Source: Dehalococcoidia bacterium (GTDB taxonomy: Bacteria; Chloroflexota; Dehalococcoidia; Bin125). Taken from it: a stretch of 64,000 nt of DNA. The first letter of the stretch is position 1. The number at the start of each line of letters is the position of its first letter. The stretch covers positions 193,753 to 257,752 of the forward strand of contig CBDBQC010000002.1 of NCBI GenBank assembly GCA_965209205.1, in the 5' to 3' direction. The notes beneath the pieces are model-generated. The model saw only the letters and a list, made by a program, of their open reading frames with translations, searched no databases and was not told the origin of the DNA. The translations under genes and the position numbers were made by a program. Below, one piece after another: positions 43,660-53,663 of the stretch.

Positions 43660-45504
43660 CTAGGTACTGAACCAGAGGTACTTGACCCCGTCGCCGAAGA
43701 CCCAGCCGTCGACGTCGCGGAACTCGAACCCCTCCAGGTTGCCTTGCCCGGCCCAGCCCGAGTTGTACTGGGCGATGTGGTAGTTCCAGCCGTTGTCGGT
43801 CCAATTCTGGAACAGCGCATCGTAGTGCGGGATGCGGTCTTCCTGGCTCGGCCCCACGGCGGAGGCGTTGACCAGCTTGTCGGTCTCCGCCAGCGCCTGC
43901 AGGAGGTCGTCGTTGGGGTGCAGCGCCGGGTCGGCCCGGCCGGTGCGCGGGCCACCCTCGGGCGAGCCGTGCTGCCAGTTCATCAGGCCCGCGATGGAGT
44001 TGCGCAGCACCGGGTCCGGGTCGAAGGGCGACTCCCACGTGAGCACGGCCATCTGCCAGTCCTCGGTCGCCAGCAGCCGGTCGATGATCACCGCCTCGGA
44101 GTTCTCCACGAACTGGAAGTCGAACCCGGCCTCCCGGAGCTGGTTGTGCACCGGCTCGGCCATGCGCCGGTGGAACTCCGTCGCGAAACTCAGGTAGGTG
44201 CCGGTGATGCCGTCGCCGTAACCGGCCGCGTCCCGCAACTGGAAGGCCTCGTCGAGGTTCGGCGAGTCCCCGTAGTAGTCCTTGTCCGGCAGCAGCGCCC
44301 AACTCTCCTGCGAGACCGGCGCCCGCGACGCTTTGCCCAGGTTCTCCGTCGCGATCGCGTTGATCGCGGCCCGGTCGATGCTCAGGTGCGCCGCGCGGCG
44401 CAGGCGCGGGTCGCGGAAGAGGTTGATCTCCGGCGGCCGCTCCGGGTTCAGGTTGAACCAGGTCTGCTGCCACGTCTGGGCCGTCCCGCTCAATGCCTGG
44501 AAGCCGTCCGCGATCAACTGATCCTTCACCGCCTGCGTCATCCCGCCGGGCGGGCCGGACCAGGCGACCTCGCCGGAGAGGAAGGCGTTCCACTGCGAGT
44601 TCGCGTCGGGGATGATCAGCTTCTCGAGCCCGTCCACCCACACGTTGTCGTTGTCCCAATAGCCGTCCCAACGCTCCGTGACCCAGTTCTCACCCTCGTT
44701 GTAGTCGGTCTGCCGCATCGGCCCGGCGCCGACCGGGTCGGTGATCGTCGTCTCGAAGTGCGCCGGCGAGATCAGCATGCCCGTCCCCGGCGAGGCGAGG
44801 AAGTTCACCAGCGTTGGCGCGAACGGCTCCGAGTTGACCATCCGCCAGGACAGATCGTCGACCACCTCGCGCGAGACGGCCTTGGAGATGCCGGCCTGGG
44901 CGCGGTCCTGGCCGGCCAGGTCCTCTGTGTTGCTCAGGTAGTCCATGTTCGCTTGCAGGGCGTGCGCGTCGCACGCCGCGCCGTCCTGGAAGATGGCCCC
45001 CGGCCGCATGTTGAAGATGTAGGTGACGTCGTCGGGCAGTTCCCAACTCTCCGCCAACTCCGGCTCGATGCGGCCCGCCTTGTCGAAGCCCAGCACCGAG
45101 TCGTAGAGGTAGATCAGGTAGCCCAGGTGGTCCGCCCCACTCAGCGAGATGTACGGGTTGAACCCGCCGTAGATCGACTCGGACCAGGTCAGCCCAATTG
45201 TGCCGCCGCGGACGGGCCCGTCGCCGGCGGCCGCGACCGCCTGCTCCTCCTCCTCGTCGTCCATGGCCTGTTCTGCGGCCTGGGCCTGCTCGTCCTCGTC
45301 CATCGCCTGTTCTTCGGCCTGCGCCTCGGCCTGTGCCTCGGCGGCCGCGGGCGCGGGCGCGGGCGCGGCGTCGTCATCGTCGTCGTCGCCCCCGCAGCCG
45401 ACCAGCGCCAGCCCGGCGGCGCCGACGCCCGCCCTGGCGCTCGCCCCCATCAGCGTGCGTCGCGAAATCCTCCGTCGCCGTGCATTCGTCCAGTAGTTGC
45501 TCAT
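43660..45504 (-). CDS. ABC solute-binding lipoprotein, family 5, with ~75-aa acidic tether
   Basis: ORF 43660..45504 (GAGAGGA upstream). Contains RRRISRRTLMG...LALVGCGGDDDDDD followed by a family-5 core. Confidence 0.9.
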   Translation of the reverse strand: MSNYWTNARRRRISRRTLMGASARAGVGAAGLALVGCGGDDDDDDAAPAPAPAAAEAQAEAQAEEQAMDEDEQAQAAEQAMDDEEEEQAVAAAGDGPVRGGTIGLTWSESIYGGFNPYISLSGADHLGYLIYLYDSVLGFDKAGRIEPELAESWELPDDVTYIFNMRPGAIFQDGAACDAHALQANMDYLSNTEDLAGQDRAQAGISKAVSREVVDDLSWRMVNSEPFAPTLVNFLASPGTGMLISPAHFETTITDPVGAGPMRQTDYNEGENWVTERWDGYWDNDNVWVDGLEKLIIPDANSQWNAFLSGEVAWSGPPGGMTQAVKDQLIADGFQALSGTAQTWQQTWFNLNPERPPEINLFRDPRLRRAAHLSIDRAAINAIATENLGKASRAPVSQESWALLPDKDYYGDSPNLDEAFQLRDAAGYGDGITGTYLSFATEFHRRMAEPVHNQLREAGFDFQFVENSEAVIIDRLLATEDWQMAVLTWESPFDPDPVLRNSIAGLMNWQHGSPEGGPRTGRADPALHPNDDLLQALAETDKLVNASAVGPSQEDRIPHYDALFQNWTDNGWNYHIAQYNSGWAGQGNLEGFEFRDVDGWVFGDGVKYLWFST

Positions 45505-45681
45505 GGGAGTTCCTCTCGTGGAAACGCGGGTCGGGCATGCGTCGACCTCGTGGCAGGAGCGGGTGTATTGTCACTGAGACGGGGCTGGGTTGTCAACCGG
45601 TTAACGGAATAAGTATAGAGGCAAGCACAGACACCATCAGCGCGCGCCGGATGCGTCGGTGCGCGCGCGGTCGGGGCCGGT

Positions 45682-47487
45682 CTAGGTGTCGAACCAGAGG
45701 TACTTGACCCCGTCGCCGACGATCCAGCCGTCGACGTTGCGGAACTCGAAGCCCCGCAGGTTGGGCTGTCCGGCCCAGCCCGCGCTGTACTGGGCGATGT
45801 GGTAGTTCCAGCCGTTGTCCGTCCAGTCCTGGAACAGCGCGTCGTAGTGCGGGATGCGGTCGTCCTGGCTGGGCCCGACGGCGGCTGCCTCGACGAGCTT
45901 GCGGCTCCCCTCCAGCGCCTGCAGCACGTCGTCGTCCGGGTGCAGCGCCGGATCCGACCGGCCGGGCTCGCCGCCGTACTGCCAGCTCATCAGCGCGGAG
46001 ATGGAGTTGCGCAGCACTGGGTCCGGGTCGAACGGGGACTCCCACGACAGGACGGCCATCTGCCATTCCTCCGTCCCCAGCATCCACTCGATGATCACCG
46101 CCTCGGAGTTCTCCAGGAACTCCAAGGCGAAACCGGCCTCGCGCAACTGGCTGTGCACCGGCTCGGCCATGCGCCGGTGGAACTCCGTCGCGAAGCTCAG
46201 ATAGACGCCGGGGACGCCGTCGGCGTAGCCTGCCGCGTCCCGCAGCTGATACGACTCCGCCAGGTTGGGCGCGTCGGCGTAGTAGTCCTGGTCCGGCAGC
46301 AGCGCCCAGCTCTCCTGCGAGACGGGCCCGCGCGACGCCTTGCCCAGGTTCTCCGTCGCGATCGCGTTGATCGCCGCCCGGTCGATGGCCAGGTGCACCG
46401 CCCGGCGCAGGCGTGGGTCGCGGAACAGGCTGATCTCCGGCTCGCGGCTGGGATCGATGTTGAACCATGTCTGCTGCCAAGTCTGGGCGGTGCCCGTGAG
46501 CACCTGGTAGCCGTCGGCGAGCAGATCCTCCTGCAGCCGCTTCGTCATCCCCCCGGGCGGCGCCGCCCACGAAACCTCGCCTGCGAGGAACGCGTTCCAC
46601 TGCGAGTTCCCGTCGGAGACGATGACCTGCTCTACTTCGTCCACCCAGACGTTGGCGTTATCCCAGTAGCCGTCCCAGCGCTCCGCGGTCCAGTTCTCGC
46701 CCTCGTGGTAGCCGGTGTGGCGCAGCGGTCCCGCCCCCACGGGGTCCGAGGCGGCCGTCTCGAAGTGCGCCGGCGAGATCAACATGCCCGTGCCCGGCGA
46801 GGAGAAAAAGTTCACCAGCGTGGGCGCGAACGGCTCCGAGTTCACCATCCGCCAGGACAGGTCGTTGATCACCTCGCGCGACACCGCCTTCGAGACCCCC
46901 GCCCGCGCCGTGCTCAGCCCCGCGATGTCCGGCGTCTCGCTCACGTAGTCCATGTTCGCCTGCATGGCGTGCGCGTCCACGGGGGCGCCGTCCTGGAAGA
47001 TGGCCCCCGGCCGCATGTTGAAGACGTAGGTGACGTCGTCGGGCAGCTCCCAGCTCTCCGCCAACTCCGGCTGAATGCGCCCCTGCTTGTCGAAGCCCAG
47101 CACCGAGTCGTACAGGTAGCCCAGATATCCCAGGTGGTCCGACGTGGTGATGGCGATATACGGGTTGAAGCCGCCCGAATTCGACTGCGCCCACGTCAGG
47201 TTGAGCTTCCCGCCACGGGTGGGGCCGCCGATCCGCGCCGCCGCGACCGCTTCCGTCTCCTCGTCGCCCTGCTCCCCGTCCTGCGCCGTGGCCCCTGCGG
47301 CTTCCTCCTCCGCCTCGGGTAGGGCGAGCACGAGGGTGTCGTCGTCGTCGCCGCAGCCCACCAGCGCGAGCCCGGCCGCGCCCACACCCGCCTTCGCGCT
47401 CGCGCCGAGCATGGCGCGGCGCGAGATCCGTCGGCGCCGCGCGCCGCTCCAATAGTTGCGGTCGCTTGTGACCGGCCGTGCTCCCAC
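45682..47487 (-). CDS. ABC solute-binding lipoprotein, family 5 (tandem paralogue), with ~50-aa tether
   Basis: ORF 45682..47487 (GTG start, GGAGGG 6 nt upstream). Contains RRRISRRAMLG...LALVGCGDDDD. The core is collinear with 43660..45504. Confidence 0.9.
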   Translation of the reverse strand: MGARPVTSDRNYWSGARRRRISRRAMLGASAKAGVGAAGLALVGCGDDDDTLVLALPEAEEEAAGATAQDGEQGDEETEAVAAARIGGPTRGGKLNLTWAQSNSGGFNPYIAITTSDHLGYLGYLYDSVLGFDKQGRIQPELAESWELPDDVTYVFNMRPGAIFQDGAPVDAHAMQANMDYVSETPDIAGLSTARAGVSKAVSREVINDLSWRMVNSEPFAPTLVNFFSSPGTGMLISPAHFETAASDPVGAGPLRHTGYHEGENWTAERWDGYWDNANVWVDEVEQVIVSDGNSQWNAFLAGEVSWAAPPGGMTKRLQEDLLADGYQVLTGTAQTWQQTWFNIDPSREPEISLFRDPRLRRAVHLAIDRAAINAIATENLGKASRGPVSQESWALLPDQDYYADAPNLAESYQLRDAAGYADGVPGVYLSFATEFHRRMAEPVHSQLREAGFALEFLENSEAVIIEWMLGTEEWQMAVLSWESPFDPDPVLRNSISALMSWQYGGEPGRSDPALHPDDDVLQALEGSRKLVEAAAVGPSQDDRIPHYDALFQDWTDNGWNYHIAQYSAGWAGQPNLRGFEFRNVDGWIVGDGVKYLWFDT

Positions 47488-47615
47488 GCGTCACCCTCCG
47501 GCCGACCCGGGATCGTTGGCTGCTGGGCCGAATATCGCCACGCCCGGCCCGGATGTCAAGCGAACCACCGGCCCCGTACGCCACCGGGCCCGCGCATCAC
47601 CTTCCCTCTTGGGCC

Positions 47616-48785
47616 TCATTCAGTGTCCCCGAAGCCCCGCCGCGGGAACAGTTCCCGCGGCGACCGCGCCAGCGCGGCCTCGTCGAGGTCGATGCCCAGC
47701 CCCGGACGATCGGAGAGCGTGATGTGACTGTCCACGACCTCGAACGGCGGATCGGCCACCGCCCGGCCCCACGGCTCCAGGTTCAGGAAGTACTCGGTGA
47801 TGATGAAGTTGGGCATCGTGGCGGCGGCCTGCAGCGTCGCCGCGAGGCCCACGGTCGTGCTGTTGTAGTTGTGCGGCGCGACGGCCACGAAGTAGACCTC
47901 GGCCATCGCCGCGATCTCCTTCAACTCCAGGATGCCCCCCACGTTGCAAACGTCCGGGTTGATGATGTCCGCCGCGCCGCGCTCGAACACCTCGCGGAAC
48001 TCGAACTTCGTGTAGAGCTCCTCGCCGGTGACCACCGGCAGATCGATCTCGGCGCGGGCGTCGGCCAGCGCGTCGATGTTCTCGGCCAGCACCGGCTCCT
48101 CGAACCAGTACGGCCGGAACTCCTCGACCCGGCGCGCGATGCGCACCGCGTGTATCGGCGCCAGCCGGCGATGGATCTCCAGCAGGATGTCCACGTCCGG
48201 GCCGACGGCGTCGCGCACGACCGCCACCCGCGCGACGGTCTCGTCCTCCTGTTCGCGCGTGATGAACGACCGCCAGGGGCCGGGCACCGGGTCGAACTTC
48301 AGCGCCGTGAAGCCTCGCGCCACGACGGCGCGGGCGCGGGCCGCCAGCTCCTCATGACTCGTCGTGCGGGCCCAGCCGTTGGCATACACCCGCAGCCGCT
48401 TGCGCATCGCCCCGCCCAGCAGTTCGTACACGGGCGCGCCTGCCCGCTTCCCGGCGAGGTCCCACAGCGCCTGCTCGATCCCGCTCACCGCCGAGTAGTA
48501 GTCCATCGCGCCGCGCCGCGCCGCGAAGTCGTTGTAGGCGGCGTCGGTGAACGGCTTGATGCGGCGCGCGTCCCAGCCCACGACGTAGCGCTCCAGCTGC
48601 CGCAGATGCGCCTCGACCTGGATGTCGCGGTCGGCCTGGGTGTAGCACTCGCCCCAGCCGTGCAGGCCGTCTTCCGTCTCCAGTCGGACGAAGAGCAGGT
48701 TCTTGGCGGCGGTGTAGATGTCCGGGATCGCCGCCGGATCGACGTCGGGCCGGACGAGGAAGCTGCGGAAACCGGTGATGCGCAC
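47616..48785 (-). CDS. enolase superfamily enzyme (galactonate-dehydratase-like subgroup)
   Basis: ORF 47616..48863 trimmed to GTG 48785 (AGGAGG 5 nt upstream). Contains VRITGFRSFLV, GIEQALWDLAGK, and an EIH..EEP..TGE metal-ligand pattern. Confidence 0.85.
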   Translation of the reverse strand: MRITGFRSFLVRPDVDPAAIPDIYTAAKNLLFVRLETEDGLHGWGECYTQADRDIQVEAHLRQLERYVVGWDARRIKPFTDAAYNDFAARRGAMDYYSAVSGIEQALWDLAGKRAGAPVYELLGGAMRKRLRVYANGWARTTSHEELAARARAVVARGFTALKFDPVPGPWRSFITREQEDETVARVAVVRDAVGPDVDILLEIHRRLAPIHAVRIARRVEEFRPYWFEEPVLAENIDALADARAEIDLPVVTGEELYTKFEFREVFERGAADIINPDVCNVGGILELKEIAAMAEVYFVAVAPHNYNSTTVGLAATLQAAATMPNFIITEYFLNLEPWGRAVADPPFEVVDSHITLSDRPGLGIDLDEAALARSPRELFPRRGFGDTE

Positions 48786-48914
48786 GAGGCCCTCCTGGCT
48801 GGCGACTGGATGCGGTCGGCGACCCCGCCAATCGTAGGCCACGATCCGCGCCGGTTCCCCCAACCGCCTCGATCCCCGACAATCGCCCGACTACCAGCAC
48901 GAACGGAGCGCCCC

Positions 48915-49697
48915 ATGTCCGAATCCCTGCACGACCGCGTCGCCGTCATCACCGGCGGCGGCACCGGCATCGGCCGCGCCACGGCCGAGATGATGGCCGC
49001 CCTGGGCGCGACCGTCGTCGTCGCCGGGCGCCGGCAAGCCCCCCTCGACGAGGCCGTCGCGGCCATCGCCGCGGCGGGCGGCCCCCCTGCTTCGGCCATC
49101 ACCGCCGACCTCGCCGACCCCGAGTCGGCGGCGCAGCTCGCCCACGACGTGCTGGCGGGCCACGGACGCTGCGATATCGTCGTCAACAACGCCGGCTTCT
49201 CCTCGAAGGTCCGCAACCCCCGCTACATCAGCGCCGAGGAGTGGCGCGCCGTGATGGACGTCAACACCACCGGTCCCCTCGTCCTCACCCGCGAACTGCT
49301 GCCCGGCATGATCGAGCGCGGCTACGGTGACGTCGTCCTCGTCTCCTCGATGGCCGGCCTGCGCCCCGGCATCATGCCCGGCGTCGCCTACTCCGCCGCC
49401 AAGACCGCCGCCAAGATCTACATGGACGTGCTGCGCGAGGAGGTCCGCGGCCACGGCATCCGCTGCACGACCGTCTACCCGGGCGAGGTCGATACGCCTA
49501 TCCTCGACAACCGCCCGCTCCCCCCCGGCCCGGCCGAGCGCGCCACGATGATGCAGTCCGAGGACATCGCCGAGGTCATCCTGCTCGCCTGTACGCTGCC
49601 CCGCCGCGCAACCATGCTCGACGTGACCATCGGCGCCACTCAGCCCCGCGACTTCACCGCCGACAACGCCGCCTCCCGCGAGAAGCGGACGCCGTAG
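48915..49697 (+). CDS. short-chain dehydrogenase/reductase (SDR)
   Basis: C-terminal 260 codons of ORF 47478..49697 from ATG 48915. Contains TGGGTGIGR, NNAG and YSAAK. Confidence 0.9.
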   Translation: MSESLHDRVAVITGGGTGIGRATAEMMAALGATVVVAGRRQAPLDEAVAAIAAAGGPPASAITADLADPESAAQLAHDVLAGHGRCDIVVNNAGFSSKVRNPRYISAEEWRAVMDVNTTGPLVLTRELLPGMIERGYGDVVLVSSMAGLRPGIMPGVAYSAAKTAAKIYMDVLREEVRGHGIRCTTVYPGEVDTPILDNRPLPPGPAERATMMQSEDIAEVILLACTLPRRATMLDVTIGATQPRDFTADNAASREKRTP

Positions 49698-49703
49698 CAC
49701 GCT

Positions 49704-49750
49704 CCCCCTCCGTCGTTCAGATGGAGAGGGGGGCCGGGGCTGAGGTTCCC
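49704..49750. repeat. degenerate inverted copy of the REP-like element
   Basis: The reverse complement reads GGGAACCTCAGCCCCGGCCCCCCTCTCCATC... Compare 14076-14105 GGGAACCTCACCCCCTAACCCCCTCTCCAT. Only a 7-bp stem is retained. Confidence 0.5.
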
Positions 49751-49757
49751 AGTCCGC

Positions 49758-50723
49758 CTACGCGCAGGCCGGGTCGTCGGACGACCAGCGGTTGTACGTC
49801 GGGTCGTCCTCCTGCGCGAGCCGATCGCGCGTCGCCCGCCACGATTCCTCCCAGGCCACGGGGTCGTGCAACTCCGATGCCGGATTCGTACGGCTCCGCG
49901 CGACGAAGCCCGGGAACCCGGGCCGTCCCGTCGGCTGGCCGATCGGCTGGTAGCGCAGGTCAAGGCTCCAGCGGATCTCGTCGCTCACGTTCGGCAGGGC
50001 GCCGTGGATCGTACGGCGGTGCATGAACAGCACATCGCCCGCCCGCATCGGCAGCGCCCGCGCCGACTCCTCGTCGAACAGGGCGCCGGGAATCTGGATC
50101 CCCGCCGCGCCGCCGCAGTGCGTCAGCACCTCGCCCCGGTGCGTCCCCGGCGCCACGTGCAGGCAGCCGTTCTCCACGCCCGCGTCGCGCAGCGGGAACC
50201 AGACCGTCAGCATCTCCGTGTCGTCCGCCTCCTCCGTGACCACGCCGCTGTCCTGATGCCACGGCGTCGCGCCGAAGATCACGTCGCCCGCCTCCGTCCG
50301 CGGGCAGTCGCGCTCGGGCACCTTGATGCGCACGTGCTGCACCGGGTTCGAGTAGATTTCCGGCCCGATCACCGACTCCACCGCGTCGAGCAGCGGCGGC
50401 GCCGTCAGCGTGCCGAAGACCGCCGGGCCGGCCCAGAACGGCGTGTCGGCCCGAACGTCCTTCTGGGGCAGCGAGAAGTCGAAGTACTGGTGGTGGACGG
50501 CGCCGCTCTCGGCGTAGATCCGCGTCACGCGCGGCCCGAAGGGCAACTCCTCGTACGCCGACTCGATCGACCCCGCCGCGACCAGATCCCGCGCCAGCCG
50601 GTCGAGCACGCCGTGGTACTCCGCCGTGATCGGCCCCAGGTGCTCCCCGGGGTCCAGCAGCCCCTCCGCGACCACGTAGCCGTACGTGTCGAGGTGGTCC
50701 AGTTGCATGCTCGTCAGCGGCAT
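49758..50723 (-). CDS. phytanoyl-CoA dioxygenase (PhyH) family oxygenase
   Basis: ORF 49758..50723 (AAGGGGAG upstream). Contains WHQDSG..., HVAPGTHRG and RTIHGALPN. Confidence 0.85.
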   Translation of the reverse strand: MPLTSMQLDHLDTYGYVVAEGLLDPGEHLGPITAEYHGVLDRLARDLVAAGSIESAYEELPFGPRVTRIYAESGAVHHQYFDFSLPQKDVRADTPFWAGPAVFGTLTAPPLLDAVESVIGPEIYSNPVQHVRIKVPERDCPRTEAGDVIFGATPWHQDSGVVTEEADDTEMLTVWFPLRDAGVENGCLHVAPGTHRGEVLTHCGGAAGIQIPGALFDEESARALPMRAGDVLFMHRRTIHGALPNVSDEIRWSLDLRYQPIGQPTGRPGFPGFVARSRTNPASELHDPVAWEESWRATRDRLAQEDDPTYNRWSSDDPACA

Positions 50724-50783
50724 GGCGATCTCCCCTTCGCGTCGCGCCGATGAGTGCGTGATAACAGACGCCGCCCTACGCCG

Positions 50784-51560
50784 CTAGGCCCCCGCCCCCA
50801 GTTCTGCCCGGAGGAAGGCCAGCGTGCGGAACCACGAGCCCACTGCCGCGTCGTACCACTCGTGCCCGGGGTCGAAGGCGGAGTGGCGCATGAAGCCGTG
50901 CCCCACGTTCGGGTAGATCGTGTAGTCGAACGTGACGCCCCGATCGGCCAGCGCCCGCCCGAAGCGCTCGACCGGCTCGACGCCGACGAGGGCGTCGTCC
51001 GCGCCGAAGAAGCCCAGGATGGGGCCGTGCATCGCGTTGACCAGCTCCAGCGGGACCGGCGAGGCGTGCTCGCCCTGGCCCGAGCCCTGCGGGAAGCCGT
51101 AGAAGCAGACCGCCGCGATGTCGGCCCGGCGGGCCGTCAGCACCAGGGCGAACGTCCCGCCCATGCAGAAGCCCACCGCGCCCACGCGGTCGCCGCTCAC
51201 GGCGGGGTGGGCGAGCAGCCAGTCGGCGGCGTGCGAGAGGTCGTCGATCGTGGTGGGCATGTGCAGATGCCGGGCGCGGGGACCTGCGTGCTCCAGCGTG
51301 AGCTCGGGCAGGGGGCCCTGCCGGAAGAAGTACTCGGGATCGAGCGCGACGAAGCCCGCGGCGGCGAAGCGCGCGGCCAGATGCTCGTAGTACGGGCTGC
51401 GCCCCACGACATCGTTGCCGATCACAACGGCTGGGGCGGGCAGCCGCGCCGGCAGGGCCAGGAAGCCGGGCATCCGCTCCCCGCCGCCGACCGGAACCAG
51501 CACTTCTTCCACCGCCACGTTGGGCGGGATGGCGTCGGTTGGGGCGTCGGGGTGGCACAT
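50784..51560 (-). CDS. dienelactone hydrolase family protein
   Basis: ORF 50784..51560. Contains GFCMGG (Cys nucleophile elbow), the expected DLH length, and C-terminal GHGF. Confidence 0.85.
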   Translation of the reverse strand: MCHPDAPTDAIPPNVAVEEVLVPVGGGERMPGFLALPARLPAPAVVIGNDVVGRSPYYEHLAARFAAAGFVALDPEYFFRQGPLPELTLEHAGPRARHLHMPTTIDDLSHAADWLLAHPAVSGDRVGAVGFCMGGTFALVLTARRADIAAVCFYGFPQGSGQGEHASPVPLELVNAMHGPILGFFGADDALVGVEPVERFGRALADRGVTFDYTIYPNVGHGFMRHSAFDPGHEWYDAAVGSWFRTLAFLRAELGAGA

Positions 51561-51760
51561 TGGGGGGAACCTCTCGTCTCTCGGGCGGGCCCGCGGACCA
51601 TACCAGCCGCGGGCGCCAGTGAGCGGCCGTTGCTTGACCCTCGTCCGGCCCGACGATAGACAAAGGCTCGCATCGAGTCCCTTCGCCGAGTGTCGGGCGG
51701 CGGCCGGCGGTGACGCCGACTCCGCCTCGCAGCCGGCCCTTGCAGAGGAGCAGCGAGCCC

Positions 51761-52912
51761 ATGCCCAAGATCGTCGCAGTCGAGCCGTTCGCCGTGAGTC
51801 TGGGGCGCGGCAACATGGTGATCGTGCGGATCCGTTGCGACGACGGGATGGAGGGCTACGGCGAGGGCACGCTGCCGCACAAGGCGCGGGCCATCATGGG
51901 AGCGGTGCAGGACTTCGCCGAATACCTCGTCGGCCAGGACGACAGCCAGATCGAGCGCCACTGGCAGGTGCTCTATCGCAACAGCTTCCAGCGCGGCGGC
52001 GTGATCCTCTCCACGGCGCTCAGCGCCATCGATCAGGCCCTCTGGGACATCGCCGGCAAGCGCCTCGATCGACCCATCTGGAGCCTCATGGGCGGCGCCG
52101 TCCGCGACCGCATCTGGCTCTACACTCACCCCGGCCGGCGGGCGAACGACCCGAATACGCTCGTCGAGAACTGCCTCGAGCGCGTGGCCGAGGGCTACAC
52201 CGCGATCAAGCTCGGCATCCCGGGGACGCCGGAGTTGGTCCGCGACCCCCGCAAGGCGGCGGAGACCCACGACAACATCGCCGGCGTGCGCGACGCCGTG
52301 GGCCCGGACATCGCCCTGATGGTGGACGCGCACGGCAAGTCGACGCCCACGGTCGCGCTGGAGATCGCGCACGCCATCGCCCCGCTGGACCTGCTCTTCT
52401 TTGAGGAGCCGGTGCCGCCCCGCAACGTCGAGGCGCTGCTGCAGGTCAGCCGCTCCTGCCCCATCCCCCTGGCGACGGGCGAGCGGATGTACAACCGTTG
52501 GGACTTCCGCACGACGATCGAGTCTCAGGCCGTGTCCATCCTGCAGCCCGACCTCGGCCACGCCGGCGGGATCTCGGAGACGCGCCGCATCGCCGCCGCC
52601 GCCGAGACCTACTTCATGCAGATCGCGCCGCACAATCCCCGCGGCCCCGGGGTGACCCTGGCCAGCCTGCACATCGGCGCTTGCACGCCCAACTTCCTCA
52701 TCCAGGAGAGTCTCATTCCGCCCGGGGGCCAGTCGGAAATCTGGGACGAGATGCTGGTCGAGCCGCTGAACATCGTCGATGGCTACGTCGACCTGCCGCG
52801 CGCGCCCGGCCTCGGCATCCGCTTCGACGAGTCGCTGGCCGAGCGCTTCCCCTTCCAGGGCGCCGATACCCAGCACCCGGTGCTCAAGGATGGGGGCGTT
52901 GGTGACTGGTGA
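51761..52912 (+). CDS. enolase superfamily enzyme (galactonate-dehydratase-like subgroup)
   Basis: ORF 51710..52912 trimmed to ATG 51761 (GAGGAG upstream). Contains AIDQALWDIAGK and MVDAHGK..FEEP..TGER..HNP. Confidence 0.88.
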   Translation: MPKIVAVEPFAVSLGRGNMVIVRIRCDDGMEGYGEGTLPHKARAIMGAVQDFAEYLVGQDDSQIERHWQVLYRNSFQRGGVILSTALSAIDQALWDIAGKRLDRPIWSLMGGAVRDRIWLYTHPGRRANDPNTLVENCLERVAEGYTAIKLGIPGTPELVRDPRKAAETHDNIAGVRDAVGPDIALMVDAHGKSTPTVALEIAHAIAPLDLLFFEEPVPPRNVEALLQVSRSCPIPLATGERMYNRWDFRTTIESQAVSILQPDLGHAGGISETRRIAAAAETYFMQIAPHNPRGPGVTLASLHIGACTPNFLIQESLIPPGGQSEIWDEMLVEPLNIVDGYVDLPRAPGLGIRFDESLAERFPFQGADTQHPVLKDGGVGDW

Positions 52913-53651
52913 CGGCCCGCCCGGCCCCGAGACGCGGCTCATGGTCTTCGGCGCGCACGCCGCCGACTGGTGCTTCCGCGCCGGCGGTACCGCGACCCGC
53001 TACCTCCAGGCCGGCGCGCAGGTGAAGGTCGTTTGCGCGACCTTCGGGGAGCGCGGCGAGTCGGCCCCCCAGTGGCAGAACCCCGAGGCCACCGTCGAGT
53101 CGGTCAAGGCGATCCGCCGCGCCGAGTCGCAGCGCGCGGCCGACATCCTCGGCGTCGACATCGAGTTCCTCGACCTCGACGACAACCCGCTCGTGATCGA
53201 CGCGGAGCGCATGCAGCTCTACGTAGACCGCATCCGCGACTTCCGCCCCGACATCATCCTCACGCACTGGAATTACGAGCCCACCAACCGCGACCACCAG
53301 ACGGTGAGCGAGACGGTCGTGCGGGCGACGAGCCTGGCGCGCGTGGCCGCCGTCCAGGCCCGCGAGGCGGGCCCGGGGCGCGCCCGCATCTTCCTCTTCG
53401 AACCCGACGTCATGGCGCAGCCCATCCTCGGCTTCGCCCCGGACACGTACATCGACATCACGCCGGTGTGGGACCTCAAGATCGAGGCGCTGGAGAGCTA
53501 CCGGCCCACCCAGCCGGGGCTGCTGGAGCGCTGGCCCGAGCGGGGCCAGTTGCGCGGCGTCGAGGCGCGGGCGATCGGCGGCATGCCCGGCTGCCAGTAC
53601 GCCGAGGCGTTCCGGCGCTTCCAGCCCTACGCGGGCGAGTACTTCGTCTAG
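52890..53651 (+). CDS. PIG-L / LmbE-family deacetylase
   Basis: ORF 52779..53651 trimmed to ATG 52890 (alternative GTG at 52902), overlapping the end of the enolase gene. Contains VFGAHAADW (a variant of AHPDD) and NRDHQTV. Confidence 0.8.
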   Translation: MGALVTGDGPPGPETRLMVFGAHAADWCFRAGGTATRYLQAGAQVKVVCATFGERGESAPQWQNPEATVESVKAIRRAESQRAADILGVDIEFLDLDDNPLVIDAERMQLYVDRIRDFRPDIILTHWNYEPTNRDHQTVSETVVRATSLARVAAVQAREAGPGRARIFLFEPDVMAQPILGFAPDTYIDITPVWDLKIEALESYRPTQPGLLERWPERGQLRGVEARAIGGMPGCQYAEAFRRFQPYAGEYFV

Positions 53652-53663
53652 CCCACCGCCGGG